From the NCBI RefSeq assembly GCF_001194135.2, contig NC_069005.1, positions 21,429,349 to 21,493,348 on the forward strand: DNA of 64,000 nucleotides, written 5' to 3'. The notes beneath the pieces were generated by a model. It saw only the letters and a program-made list of their open reading frames with translations, was not told the origin of the DNA and ran no database searches. The DNA is from Octopus bimaculoides. Lineage: Eukaryota. The translations under genes were made by a program, and so were the position numbers. Below, in pieces: positions 50,195 to 62,537 of this stretch. Numbering within the stretch: position 1 is the stretch's first letter; every line of letters starts with the position of its first letter.

Positions 50195-52080
50195 AGTTGC
50201 TTGGCTTTGGAAGAAAATTCTAGAGTCATTATTTTATTTGACCAACCATCCATGTTTTTGAACTGTCTGCTCAGTCTTCCGAGATGTGTTGGTGGCTGCT
50301 GACATCTGAAAAACTAAAACAAACCCTGACGTCATAACCTCTCGACACTGGACAATATTGTGGAGTTTCATCTTTTTCACACCACACCTATATCAGTAAT
50401 TACAATGACATTATTACTGAAACAGGAAATTTGTGAATATAGAATACAATTACATATATTATAACTAATGAAATATTTGGCATAATATATAAAAAATATC
50501 GTGATGGCACCTGTACCAGTGGAGCACTAAGAGCACCGTTCGAGCGTGATCATTGCCAGAGCATCTGTCTGGCTTCCGTGCCGGTGGCACGTAAATAGCA
50601 CCATTTGAGCGTGATCGTTACCAGCGTCGCCTTCCTGGCACGTGAAAAGACATTCGTTCGAGCGAGGTCATTGTCAGTGCCGCTGGACTGGCTCCTGTGC
50701 AGGTGGCATTAAAATACACCATTTTGAGCGTGGCCGTTGCCAGTACCGCCTGATTGGCCTTCGTGCCAGTGGTACGTAAAAGCACCCACTACACTCTCGG
50801 AGTAGTTGGCATTAGGAAGGGCATCCAGCTGTAGAAACTCTGCCAAATCAGATTGGAGCCTGGTGTAGCCACCTGGTTCACCAGTCCTCAGTCAAATCAT
50901 CCAACCCATGCTAGCATGGAAAGCGGACGTTAAACGATGATGATGATAATGAGTTCAAAATTAGTGCCTTTTCAACAATTTATTTTCTAACTCTTTAGTT
51001 CACTTGTACGAAAGATGTCAACTCTCTATTTTTTGTTAATTGCATAACCTTGGGAGAACATTCTGAAATCGTTATTTTATTTGACCAGCCTCCCATGTTT
51101 TTAAACTGTCAGCTCAATCTCCTGTGGTGTGTTGGTGGCTACTGACATCTGAAAAACTAAAACAAACTCTGCCATCATAACCTCTCGACGCTGGATGATC
51201 CCATTTTCATGACACACCTATATCAGTAGATATAACATGAAATTAGTGGATGTAGAATACAATTACGTATGGCTGTGGGGTAAGTAGCTTGCTTACCAAC
51301 CACTTGGTTCTGGGTTCAGTCCCACTGCGTGGCACCTTGGGCAAGTGTCTTCTACTATAGCCTCGGGCTGACCAAAGCCTTGTGAGTGGATTTGGTAGAC
51401 AGAAACTGAAAGAAGCCCGTCGTATATATGTATATATATGTGTGTTTGTGTGTCTGTGTTTGTCCCCCCATCATCGCTTGAAAACCGATGCTGGTGTGTT
51501 TACGTCCCCGTAACTTAGCGGTTCGGCAAAAAGAGACTGATAGAATAAGTACTAGGCTTACAAAGAATAAGTCCTTGGGGTCGATTTGCTCGACTAAAGG
51601 CGGTGCTCCAGCATGGCCAGTCAAATGACTGAAACAAGTAAAAGAAAGATTATAACTAATGAAATATTTCACATAATATATAAAAGAATTAGTTGAAAAT
51701 CGGTGCCTTTTCAACAATTTATTTTCCAACTGTTTAGTTCACTTGTGGGAAAAAAGTCAAATCACTGTTTTTTTTTTGTTAATTGCATGGCTTTGGGAGA
51801 ACATTCTGGAGTCATTATTTTATATGACCAGACTCCTGTTTTTTTAAACTCTCTGCTCAGTCTTGTGAGATGTGTTGTTGCCTGCTGACATCTGAAGAAC
51901 AAAAACAAGCATTGACGTCATAACTTCTCGACACTGGATGACCCTGTAGAGTTTCATCTTTTTCACACCACACCTATATCAGTAATTACAATGACATTGT
52001 TGCTGAAACAGGAAATTAGTGAATATAGAATACAATAACGTATATTATGACTAATGAAATATTTTTCGTAGTATAAAAGT
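50195..52080. repeat. Diverged tandem triplication of a roughly 400-bp unit, interrupted by two later retroposon insertions
   Basis: Shared blocks (gctgacatctgaa, gacgtcataac, cacacctatatcagta, ctgaaacaggaaatt) at about 50195-50495, 50950-51268 and 51690-52080. Confidence 0.85.
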
Positions 52081-52139
52081 AATGTGTTAAAAATTGTTTG
52101 ATTTATATTACGGCACAAGGGCAAAAACTTAATTTTGGT

Positions 52140-52620
52140 AAAGAAAACATCAGCTTATACAATATCAATCTCGTTCAGCTCAATTGTTTCCCTTTGACAA
52201 TGTAACAGTATGACTTCTGCGTGTTTGTGTGTATATATTTGTGAGTGTGTGTATATATTTGTATGTGTGTGTAAATGTGTATGTTCGTTTTCTTGTCGTG
52301 TTTTCTGTTCGCCACTATATCCCTCCGTGTTACAAATTTAATTTGTTTTTTCTCTTGGAAGAGCCATTTTAACAATGCGTCCTGCCCTAACTCTTTGAAA
52401 CGCTTAGTTTTAGAATGGTGGCAGCTGATGAAGGAAATGTTCTCTATGTGGCCTGTGTGTTTTCTGTGCTCTGTTTCTCATTTTGCCCACGTTTTCCTGT
52501 GACGTCCTGTACCCAGATATGCATCTATATATACATGTAGATGTAGGTATGTACATACATGTACGTATATATGCATATACTCACATATTATTTGTATTAT
52601 ATATATATATATGCACATGA
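52140..52620 (+). mobile_element. Penelope-like element 3'/pLTR fragment
   Basis: gctgatgaagg and gaaacgc motifs; shares ctccctttgacaatgt with 55440-55480. Confidence 0.4.
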
Positions 52621-52675
52621 GTCATCTAAGAGACCATAAGTCATGGAAATGATGCAGTACTGTTAGTGGAGTGGG

Positions 52676-52940
52676 TATATTATCCCAAAAGTATAGTATT
52701 AAATATCTGTCACAGCTGATCTTACCAATCGGTTTCAAGTAAAGAATACAATGGATGTGCTAATCCACCTCCGACAACAGAGAACAGTCACCATATTTAC
52801 CTTCTGTATAGGCTGACTCTGATGAGCGTAAAGTTATATAATTGGATTATTACCTAACACTCCATTGTATTCTTTATGCGAAACTGATTGGTAAAATCAG
52901 CTGTGATGGATATTTGATACTATACTTTTTGGATAATATA
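52676..52940. repeat. Palindromic foldback element (about 80-bp arms) hosting a hammerhead motif
   Basis: 52676-52755 is the reverse complement of 52861-52940. Confidence 0.88.
52811..52902 (+). ncRNA. Degenerate type-I hammerhead motif with long stem II loop
   Basis: GGCUGACU-CUGAUGA-GCGUAAAG..(38 nt)..CUUUAUGC-GAAAC-ugauug-GUA-aaaucagc; stem II of 8 bp, imperfect stem I. Confidence 0.45.
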
Positions 52941-53089
52941 TTCTGTTACTTGTTTCAGTCATTTGACTGCGGCCATGCTGGAGCACTGCCTTCAGTCAAA
53001 CAAATTGACCCCAGGACTTATTCTTTGTAAGCCTAGTACTTAATCTATCGGTATCTTTTGCCGAACCGCTAAATTATGGGGAGAGAGAT

Positions 53090-53123
<34 letters not shown>

Positions 53124-53584
53124 TGTACAAGCCATGTACCAAGATGCTACCAGTAAGGGGAGGACTGATAATGAGTACAGCGAAGTAATATTTTCCCATG
53201 GCCAGACATGTTTCTGTGGGAGACTGGAAACAAAGGACAACTACCATGTGAAGTCAAGGCCAGGAGGCAGTAACACACACACACACACCATCATCATCAT
53301 TTAACATTCCATTCTGGCAAATACACATATATAAAAATCATCAAGCCAAGTGAGATCATAATTGTGACTGATGACTGTGCCACATAATTAGCACCCATGC
53401 TGGTGGCACGTAAACAGCACCCACTACACCCTTGGAGTGGTTGGCATTAGGAAGCCAATGCCAAATCAGACTGGAGTCTGATGCAGCCTTCTAGCTTAGC
53501 AGTTTCAGTCAAACCAGCTAATCCATACCAGCATGGAAAGCAGACATTAAATGATGATGATATACATATAAATATACATATATA

Positions 53585-53821
53585 CAGGGTGGCCCCCAAA
53601 AGTAGGTTTACAGTTATTCAACTATCTCTTTCTCATTCATATATTAACAGTTTAGATCTTAATTATAAAAAAATATGAAACCATTATTCTATGCTAATTT
53701 AGTTAATTTTGTCAAGCTCCCTTTTCAGTTTGTAAGATAGAAATTTAAATGTAATAAAATGTTTTGAAAGAAATTTAAAGTGCCTACATGATAACTGTAA
53801 ACCTACTTTTGGGCCACCCTG
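53585..53821. mobile_element. Tc1/mariner-type MITE
   Basis: cagggtggcccccaaaagtaggtttacagtta TIR, TA-flanked. Confidence 0.9.
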
Positions 53822-54039
53822 TATATAAATATATCATCATCATCATCGTTTAACGTCCGCTTTCCATGCTAGCATGGGTTGGACGATTTGACTGAGGACT
53901 GGTGAAACCAGATGGCTACACCAGGCTCCAATCTGATTTGGCAGATATATATATATATATATACGCATGCACACACACACAGACACACATGCGTGTATGT
54001 ATATATACATATATATATTCGCCATGATAGATCGCTGAC

Positions 54040-54200
54040 CACTACACATATTTTTTTTCTCTCCTTGTTTCTTTCTGTGGAAGAGCATAGGCTCAAAACG
54101 TTAAAGACTTTCTCTATTCCTGAGCGTTATACTAATATATCCATTTGTTGTTTACACCACCTGTCTTTGTCTGTCGTTTTTTCGTGAATTCTCCCATTCA
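54040..54200 (+). mobile_element. Second copy of the Penelope-like end at 5470-5610, hammerhead core mutated
   Basis: ctttctgtggaagagcataggctcaaaacgttaaagac: GAAA changed to AAAA. Confidence 0.6.
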
Positions 54201-55704
54201 TAATATGACAAGCTTCTTTTAGTTTCCATCTACCAAATTCATTCACACGGTTGGCCCAGTGCTACAGTAGAAGTCCCCTGCCCAAGGTGCCATGCAATCA
54301 GACATAACCCAGAACCATGCTTCTTACCACACATCCATGCCTGTGTGTAAAAGAAGAAAGATGAGATATGGCATGGTTAGAACACACTTGAGCATAGGTC
54401 AACCCAATCATGCTTGGCCTGGAGCTAAACAGAAATAACTAGGCCTAATCTTATGTGCTCCAGGACAGCTCCAATAAAGTAGTCAGACCTATAGCCAAAG
54501 ACTATTCCATTCCATCTTTTCTTTTAGAATAGTATGTTTTGGACGAAATTATCAAATGTGCACTTTTATGAAATAGTATAGTGTTGTTTGAGGGAGATTT
54601 GGCTGCTATTTCTAGCATTTCCATATGAAGTTATAACACTGTATAGCACGATTTTTGTCCTTGGGTAGCAACTGTTATTTCTTATTTACTTACCTTTAGA
54701 AAGTGAAAAATGGCTATTTACTTCAAACTTTGCTTTTCTTACATTTATTCAAACCCCCAAAGAATCCCTCTCAACACATGGCTATGATATGCTCCCCTTC
54801 TACTCCTGCTCATCAGAGATGCACACATCAGCCACTAATGGACATGCTCAAGTGGTCACAGGTTAAGCAACTGGCAAGCAAATCTGTGCTATTGAGCAGG
54901 ATATTTGCTATAATGATATTTCTGCTTCAGCAACTCACCACTGAATGTCCGAATAATTATCATTTCCTTTGATTTGTAGACAGCAGCAAATAGGAAATAA
55001 CAGTTACTGACCAAAGACAAAAAAATTTTTTTTAATTTTGTTACAGTGTAGGGAATGATCTCACATTTAATGTTATATTTTCAAAAAACAGAATAGTTTA
55101 TTCTTTCAAGTACTTTTGACCTCTTATCCAGTTTTGAGGGATATTAATGGTGCAGGTAAGACATGTTTGTTTTGTAACCATGTAGTTCTATATCCATTCT
55201 AATTGCTTGGAACATTGGGCATGTCCCTTTTATTACACTTTCAGAAAGACAGCATCTCAGTTTGTCACAGGTAAAATTATCTCACTTGAAGAGCCACAGC
55301 ACACTAATAAAGATATTCAATTTGACAGTTCAGCTGTCGTTTACAATGATGAATTCTATTCCAGTTTCTGCTAGTCTTACAGAACTAGGGCAAAAACGTA
55401 AAGTTGGTAAGGAATACATCAAGCTACATAACGGTTCTAAAAGCTCAATTATCTCCCTTTGACAATGTGAAGGAATGACTTCTGCGTGCATGTCTATATA
55501 GATGAGCGCGCGCGCAAAAACGTGTGTGTATATATTCTTTTACTTGCATTATCTCATAGCTCCTGATATTTTGAAGATGTGATTTTGTTTTTTTTTCTTC
55601 TTAGAATGACATTGTAGGGTGTGTGACTGGTCAGTTTGAACATAAAACAGGTAGAATATTTGGGCTTGATATGGCCGGTTTTAAATGCTTAAAGGTTTAA
55701 GTTT

Positions 55705-55900
55705 AGTAAAGTATTGTAGACAGCCTCGATCAGGAGAAATCTGATGCACAGAATGTCAGCCCACCTGAGGATCTGACCAAGTGTTCTTCTGCTGTATATT
55801 GTCCCAGCTTGCCCAGGCTCCTTGTTGGTTGTGTTTCACTATCCTGTTAGCCATTGTTTCCACTACACCTAGGAAGATTTCTTCTTGGTAGAGATGGTAT
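55705..55900 (-). mobile_element. HERO (R2/Hero)-clade retrotransposon fragment
   Basis: QQGAWASWDNIQQKNTWSD then, after a frameshift, IRFLLIEAVYNTL; matches the recalled QQGAWTRWE...IKFLIQAVYDVL motif. Confidence 0.65.
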
Positions 55901-57836
55901 CATTCGTTTTCTTTGGTGCTTCTAATCTGGTCACACATCATCTAATTTCTCTAACAAGAATTTCTAATTGGAAATTCCTTACATGTCTATCTAACATGTA
56001 AAACTTTGTAATTACTATGAGCAAATGAAACATATGTAATGATAAATAATACCAAAAATTTCCTGTTTTGTTACAGGCACGGCTGTGTGAGAAGATGGAA
56101 CCAGTGGCCAGGAAGCTAGGAGTGTTTGACACCAGGTAAGTGGGAGCCAAAAACAAGGGAAAGAAAAAGCAAGGGGTCCACCCTGGTGGTCGGATGCCTA
56201 TCCTTCAGGAAAGCCATTACAAATTGCATCTGTAATGAGCATTGCTTCAATCGAACATTGTAAATATAATCCAATTTTTATTGTGTATTTAAAATTGTAA
56301 ATATTTCATCGATACAGCTTCTTCACCCCTTTTATGTTTGTCTGTCCTTGTTCGTCCCCTCTTTGTAATGCCTTAAGCTTGCTTCCCAACAACATGGTTC
56401 CGGGTTCAGTCCCACTGCGTGGCACCTTGGGTAAGTGTCCTTTACTATAACCTCGGGCCGACCAAAGCCTTGTGAGTGGATTTGGTAGATGGGAACTGAA
56501 AGAAGCCTGTCATGTGTGTTTTTATGTGTCGTAGCGCTTTGGCAAAACAGACCAACTAGGCTTACAAAGAATAAGTCCTGGGTCGATTTCTGCGACTAAA
56601 AACCCCTTTAAGGTGGTGCTCCAGCTTGGCCGCAGTTAAATGACAAACAAGACCTACTAACTTACCTACCTACACACACACAGGTCGCACTAATTTATGA
56701 TCAGAAATAAAACCATCCAGTGTCCGCCAGGCTAGTTAACTGTTACAGTACACTATTAATGAACTTGTATAATTTATACTTATGTACAGTTTCTTGTATT
56801 TCATTTAATAATTTAAGGAAATTTAATATTTGTTTAATTTAGAGTGTAACCACCCCTGGTTTGGTAAAAATCAATAATCTGGAATGGCTTTGGAACAAAA
56901 GGTTTCAGAAAATCCATGTTGTACCTATATATACTTGAGAATATTCTATTTTATATATCCCCTTTATTAACCAATAAGTGTTTTTTTCTGATTCGCTGAT
57001 TTCTAGAAAATACCTCTCTCTATATTATATACATATGTTAGTGCTTGTGTGTATAGATAGGTAAATAGATAGCTAGAAAGATAGGTAGATAGATAGATAG
57101 ATAGAAGATATGTAGAACCACTTGTTTATGGCCACATATATACAACTCACAAAAAACATAATACGTACATATGTACGAACGTTTGTATATATCCGTGTAA
57201 ATTCGGATATTCAAATTTCTAAATACATTTTAAAATTAAATATGAACCCACAACACTTCCCGTGAAGTACCTCAAGTATGAATGAACCTAGTGGTTAATT
57301 CTACCAGAAACACATCGAGTCGTAAAAGACTTGTTTCACGTAATTTAAATATTTTATTTACCGTATTGGATTGTCCGAACATTCCAGATACAGGACAGCC
57401 GGAATTATATTCGCCCACGCATCCATACACAATTCTCGATATTAAGATTAATCAAGAATTTTGTACTTCGTGGCGCAAACATTGACGAATTACGTTCACT
57501 TCTGGGATGCGGTTAACAAAAAAAAAAAAAAAAAANNNNNNNNNNNNNNNNNNNNNNNNNNNNNNNNNNNNNNNNNNNNNNNNNNNNNNNNNNNNNNNNN
57601 NNNNNNNNNNNNNNNNNNNNNNNNNNNNNNNNNNNNNNNNNNNNNNNNNNNNNNNNNNNNNNNNNNNNNNNNNNNNNNNNNNNNNNNNNNNNNNNNNNNN
57701 NNNNNNNNNNNNNNNNNNNNNNNNNNNNNNNNNNNNNNNNNNNNNNNNNNNNNNNNNNNNNNNNNNNNNNNNNNNNNNNNNNNNNNNNNNNNNNNNNNNN
57801 NNNNNNNNNNNNNNNNNNNNNNNNNNNNNNNNNNNN

Positions 57837-57869
<33 letters not shown>

Positions 57870-57999
57870 GCACAATTTTGTCTTAAAGTGACGAAAATAT
57901 TTTGGCAAATTAAATTTAAATGTTGAAGTGAATCTAACGGTTTTTGTGTTTTTTAAATGGCTTATAAACGCCTTCCACGCTGCAATTGTTTATACACAT

Positions 58000-58250
58000 A
58001 ACATAATTAAGGAATCAGCAACAGTTGCTTCCCCACATACCGAAATAGCAGTTAAAGTGTCAAAACTCCAACAGATAGCAATACTTGTAACTCACAAAGG
58101 CAAGTCTAAGACTGGTTAGTTTCGTTGTTTTTCTTCTTGTTTTGCCTTTGTGAGTTACAAGTATTGCTATCTATTGGAGTTTTAGCACTTTAACTGCTAT
58201 TTCTGAATTTCGGTATGTGAAGCAACTGTTGCTGATCCCTTAATTATGTT
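58000..58250. repeat. Palindromic foldback element (about 100-bp arms, about 40-nt loop)
   Basis: aacataattaaggaatcagcaacagttgc...tcacaaaggcaa versus ttgcctttgtgag...gcaactgttgctgatcccttaattatgtt. Confidence 0.9.
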
Positions 58251-58713
58251 TATAAATTTAAAGTTCTTTACCGATAATGGTTTTTACATACTGAAGTACT
58301 TGGTAAAAATTATTAAATAATCCTTTACCCTTTTATACACAATATATATACATACACGCGCTCTCATAAATATAGACACAAGATTTAATCCAAAGGTACA
58401 TTGGAGATAAAAGCAGTAATGTGTGCATGTAATTGAGATGTATGGTAGTCTAATATAGTGTACATTATATACATTAATCAGGGAGAAAGTAGAATTATGT
58501 ATTATATACACGTATCTATATAGAAGTGCGTATATACTTTATACACACATTCACTCCTTATTTTCCTTGTATGAAACACGTGAATACTAAAATTAAAGCG
58601 AGGGGGGTGCATTTACCTTTCCCATGAAGTGTGGGGACTTCGAGAGACAGTTTTACAAATACGGGAACGGTTTCAATTTATCAGTTAATCTATTAAGACA
58701 CTAAGAGAATCGT

Positions 58714-59262
58714 ATTAGTGGCATTTAAAATTGATTTAATTCCTCCTAACATAAATGTGTGATTAAAAAACAATTGTTGCTTTCGATTTAAAGAGTCGCC
58801 TAGTTTAATACCACCACGATCCTGTTCTGAAGCGGTTTGGGTAAATTTTCAGATTAACACCCACACGATTTACACTAGGGTGTTAGGGTTTAGTGTTTTA
58901 GAATTAGGGTTAGGGACGGAATTCCCATCCTAACACCCTAGTGAAAACCGTGCGGGTGTTAATCTGAAAATTTACCGCGGTTTAACTGCCTTTGAGTGAA
59001 GTCCTCTATGAGGTTAATTCTCGTCAACCAGTCGTCGGTGACTGCAAAAGTAAAAGGGCCATTAATTATAGATAAAAAACAGCCATGTTATAAAAGAAAT
59101 TCCGACTTCGTTTTGTCACTCAGTGTCAGGCAGCCTTTAAAAAAATGCAAATTTGTATTAAGTGGCATTTAAAATTGATTTAATTCCTCTTAATATAAAA
59201 TGTGTGATTAAAAAACAATTGCTTTCGATTTAAAGAGTCGCCTAGTTTAATACCACCACAAT
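58714..59262. repeat. About 110-bp direct repeat pair (58714-58822 and 59157-59262)
   Basis: tagtggcatttaaaattgatttaattcctc...gagtcgcctagtttaataccaccac occurs twice. Confidence 0.85.
58840..58976. mobile_element. Short MITE-like inverted repeat with TTAGGG-like core
   Basis: ggtaaattttcagattaacaccc...ctagggtgttagg versus cctaacaccctag...gggtgttaatctgaaaatttacc; spacer contains ttagggttaggg; related fragment near 63645. Confidence 0.75.
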
Positions 59263-59779
59263 CTGTGTTAGGCAGCCTTAAAAAAAAATGAAAATTTGTA
59301 TTAATTTTGGGACATAAAAGAAAATGAAAGGATAACACATGCAAACGATGCTAAGATAACATGGGAAAAATAAATATAATGCAACAAATGAAAAGAATAA
59401 TTAAATTTCGGTGTAGGAAAGATACAATGAAGAAACAAATGTCGCTAACACCATTTTCCCCTACTGCTAACGTGTAACAATAGGGATTTCAATATGGATT
59501 AGCAATTTTAATGTAGTATGGCAAAAAAATAGGCATCTAAACCTCACAACTATGTCCATTGATAAAAGTTAAGGTGCGTTGGCTTGGAGCAAACTCCTCA
59601 CTGTCGCGACTCGAAACATTCTACCAACGAAAGAAGCAAAATATTAGATCCTCCATACAAAGAGAACTGAGAAAGCACCAGAAAGGCTGTTTTTTTGGTT
59701 ATTGTTGAAAACGATCCCCGAAAAACAACATTTACAACCAAAAGCATACAATTTCGAGAAATGCATGCCTGGCGGGTTG

Positions 59780-59940
59780 GTTAGGGTTAGACGGCGGATG
59801 CCAGCGACATCCGCCCGGAACGGTGGACACTCAGCCTCTGATATAACATCACCACTGTCTCTAGATTATAAAGATGTCATTCAGTATTTTGGCCAATCAA
59901 ACGGCAGATTGGTTACAAATTTAAACCAATCAACAGCTTT
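59780..59940. promoter_or_regulatory. CpG-rich promoter-like region with three CCAAT boxes and a CHR-like TTTAAA
   Basis: CCAAT 59893-59897, ATTGG 59908-59912, TTTAAA 59920-59925, CCAAT 59926-59930; GC-rich stretch just upstream. Confidence 0.5.
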
Positions 59941-61869
59941 TGTTTGTGAAGATGGATCGTCTGCTGAAATCGCAGTGTTATATTTAACGAATGATAAACG
60001 AAAAAAAATTTTTTAAATAAAACCAAAGGCTCTTTCATTGAAATTTCACAATAAAATTTCAGTGACATCAATTATGTCTTGTTTTTTAAAATCATATAAT
60101 AATATAATGTCTTTCACATGACGTCGTGTATCTTTATGTAATATTAATTAAAATGGCTAATTTTATACAGTGACGGAAATGCGGGGGATGGGGTCACGAG
60201 TGTCCAGCGAATGTAAATCATCATTTTTTAATTTTTTTTCTTGTTTATAAATAAATATTTAATAAATGCATTGATGGAAATGTTTTGTTAATTCTCATTA
60301 GTTAAGTTTCTTCCAATTAAAATTAACTTATTTGATATAATTATACGTATGGTACAGACCGGACAGATATATCACGAGTGTTTCCTCAGAGAAGAAAACA
60401 TTTCCATCATTGATTTTTATGTAATTATTTTCTCGTAGATGCCTTTTCTCTCTGATAGAAGACTACAAGCAATGGTACATATACGCACATCCTATGAAAC
60501 CAATTTTAGCAATATTCTCCTTTTTACAATCAACAATGTTAACCCGCAGCTGCTGTTAGAGTAATATTACGTCTCTGTTACATCAGCTAATTCAAAGAAT
60601 TAAATTAAAAATTAAATATGTAATCACTTCTTTCCTGGTTTAAAAACGTTTGTGCACCACCATATTGTGTGTGTGAGCTACATTTACTCTATTTTTTCTT
60701 TTACTTGTTTCAGTCATTTGACTGTGGCCATGCTGGAGCACCGCCTTTAGTCGAGCAAATCGACCTCAGGACTTATTCTTTGTAAGCCTAGTACTTATTC
60801 TAACTGTCTCTTTTGCCGAACCGCTAAGTTACGGGGACGTAAACACGCCAGCATCGGTTGTCAAGCGATGTTGGGGGGGGGGACAAACACAGACACACAA
60901 ACACACACACACACAATATATACATACATATATACGACGGGCTTCTTTCAGTTTCCGTCTACCAAATCCACTCACAAGGCTTTGGTCGGCCCGAGGCTAT
61001 AGTAGAAGACACTTGCCCAAGGTGCCACGCAGTGGGACTGAACCCGGAACCATGTGGTTGGTAAGCAAGTTACTTACCTAAATTCATTTTAATATCATTT
61101 TGTACAGAGATTTTGAATCTTAAATGTTAGATACAAATATAGAAACAGACGTTTTGAATATTGTGTGTGTGTGCGGTATACATACATACATACTTATACA
61201 CTCACGTACATACATCTGTTATGCATATAAGATAATACAAACTACACATTTTTTCACTTCATTCAAAACTCGTAAAATTTAAGGTCTTATATTTGTTTGA
61301 TAAACCCATAATCGGACTAATTTTGGCTGAATTTTATATGGTGCAATGCATAATTTAAAGAATTAAAAACCAACATCTAAAAATCCTTTATAGAGTTTAC
61401 ATTATATAAATTTAAATTTAGAAACTTGGAGAGAACTGAAGTAACTTCTTTGGTTTTTGTTTGCAATAAAACTTGAAGTAAATAAAGCTAAAAATAATAA
61501 CATGGAGCATTTTGTGTTAAAAAAAAACCATTTTGATGCAAAACAGTCAAAGGCTGCCCAACTCTCCTCCTCTTCAGTGAACATGACAAACGTGCTAACT
61601 ATTGTATGAATGCAACATTTCAAAGGCAGATGTGGATTTGAGTCTCATAGGCAACCTTCAACTTCTTTTCCATCCAAGTAATTTTTAACTCCATATTCTG
61701 CATGCTATTACACTGTGTAGCACGATTTTTGTTCTTGAGTAACAACTGTTATTTCCAATTTGCTTACTCTTACAAAGTATGAAAAATGGATAATATTTCC
61801 ATCAAATTTTGCTTTTCTTACATTTATTCGTATTCCTAAAGAATCCCTCTCAAGTTGTGAAATTTGTGT

Positions 61870-62537
61870 TTTTGTGGTCATGTGTATGCTGTAGTCTGTG
61901 ATTTTGTCATGGACAAGAACAAAAAGCCAATATGAAATTTTGCATTAAAGTTGGGATGCCAGCTACAGAGACATTGAACATGCTTCAGTAAGCTTATGGC
62001 AGTGAGGTAATGGGTCATATGCAATGTTTCGAGTGCTTCAAAATCGGAAGAAAGTCTCTGGAAGACCAGCCACGAGCATCAGACCTGGAAATAGTATTGT
62101 GCATCAAAAATTTGTCTCCTGGGGCAGGCCATCAATTGAGAGTTCCACTGTGATGTTTTGAAACATTTGAGAGAAGACATTTGGTGGAGCACAAAGAATT
62201 GCATTCTTCACCAATCTCTCCTCACTCATGAGTTTCTTGTCAAAAACAACATGGTATCGGTTTCACACCAACCCTATTCACCAGATTTAGTACCTGCAAA
62301 CGTCCATTTCTTCTCCAAGAGGAAAAAGGCAGCTCAAATGCCATTGTTGAGATCCAGAGCAAATTGCAGTATTTCCTCGACTCACATATGGAAAATGACA
62401 TCCAGGCTGGATTCCCAAGAACACTGGGACTGGTGCAAGGTGGCTATTTTGAAGAAAATGATGTTAAAATTTAGGTAAATAAGTTATTTTTTTTATTAAA
62501 CATAATTAGTCTGGGAACCTTTTGATACCGCCTTGTA
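61870..62537 (+). mobile_element. Decayed mariner (DD34D) transposon
   Basis: ANMKFCIKVG..ATETLNMLQ and EFLVKNNMVSVSHQPYSPDLVP, with deletions; TIR-like 3' end. Confidence 0.85.

Larger units (their letters stand above)
17111..57835. other. Assembly gaps (N runs) at about 17111-17737, 18727-19566, 20206-20806, 22411-23019, 31231-31240, 32162-32691, 37064-37073, 42602-42644, 44603-44899 and 57536-57835
   Basis: Runs of n, mostly flanked by microsatellites or SINEs. Confidence 0.98.

Noticed and set aside
55132-55155. + strand 24-nt micro-exon xLRDINGA
   Set aside because: Isolated, with no compatible neighbours.
56077-56135. + strand exon-like segment ARLCEKMEPVARKLGVFDT with a strong donor
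   Set aside because: It begins with a SINE-head-like sequence and has no phase-compatible partner or homology.
59702-60016. 104-aa ORF
   Set aside because: It starts at TTG, spans promoter-like motifs and shows no protein features.
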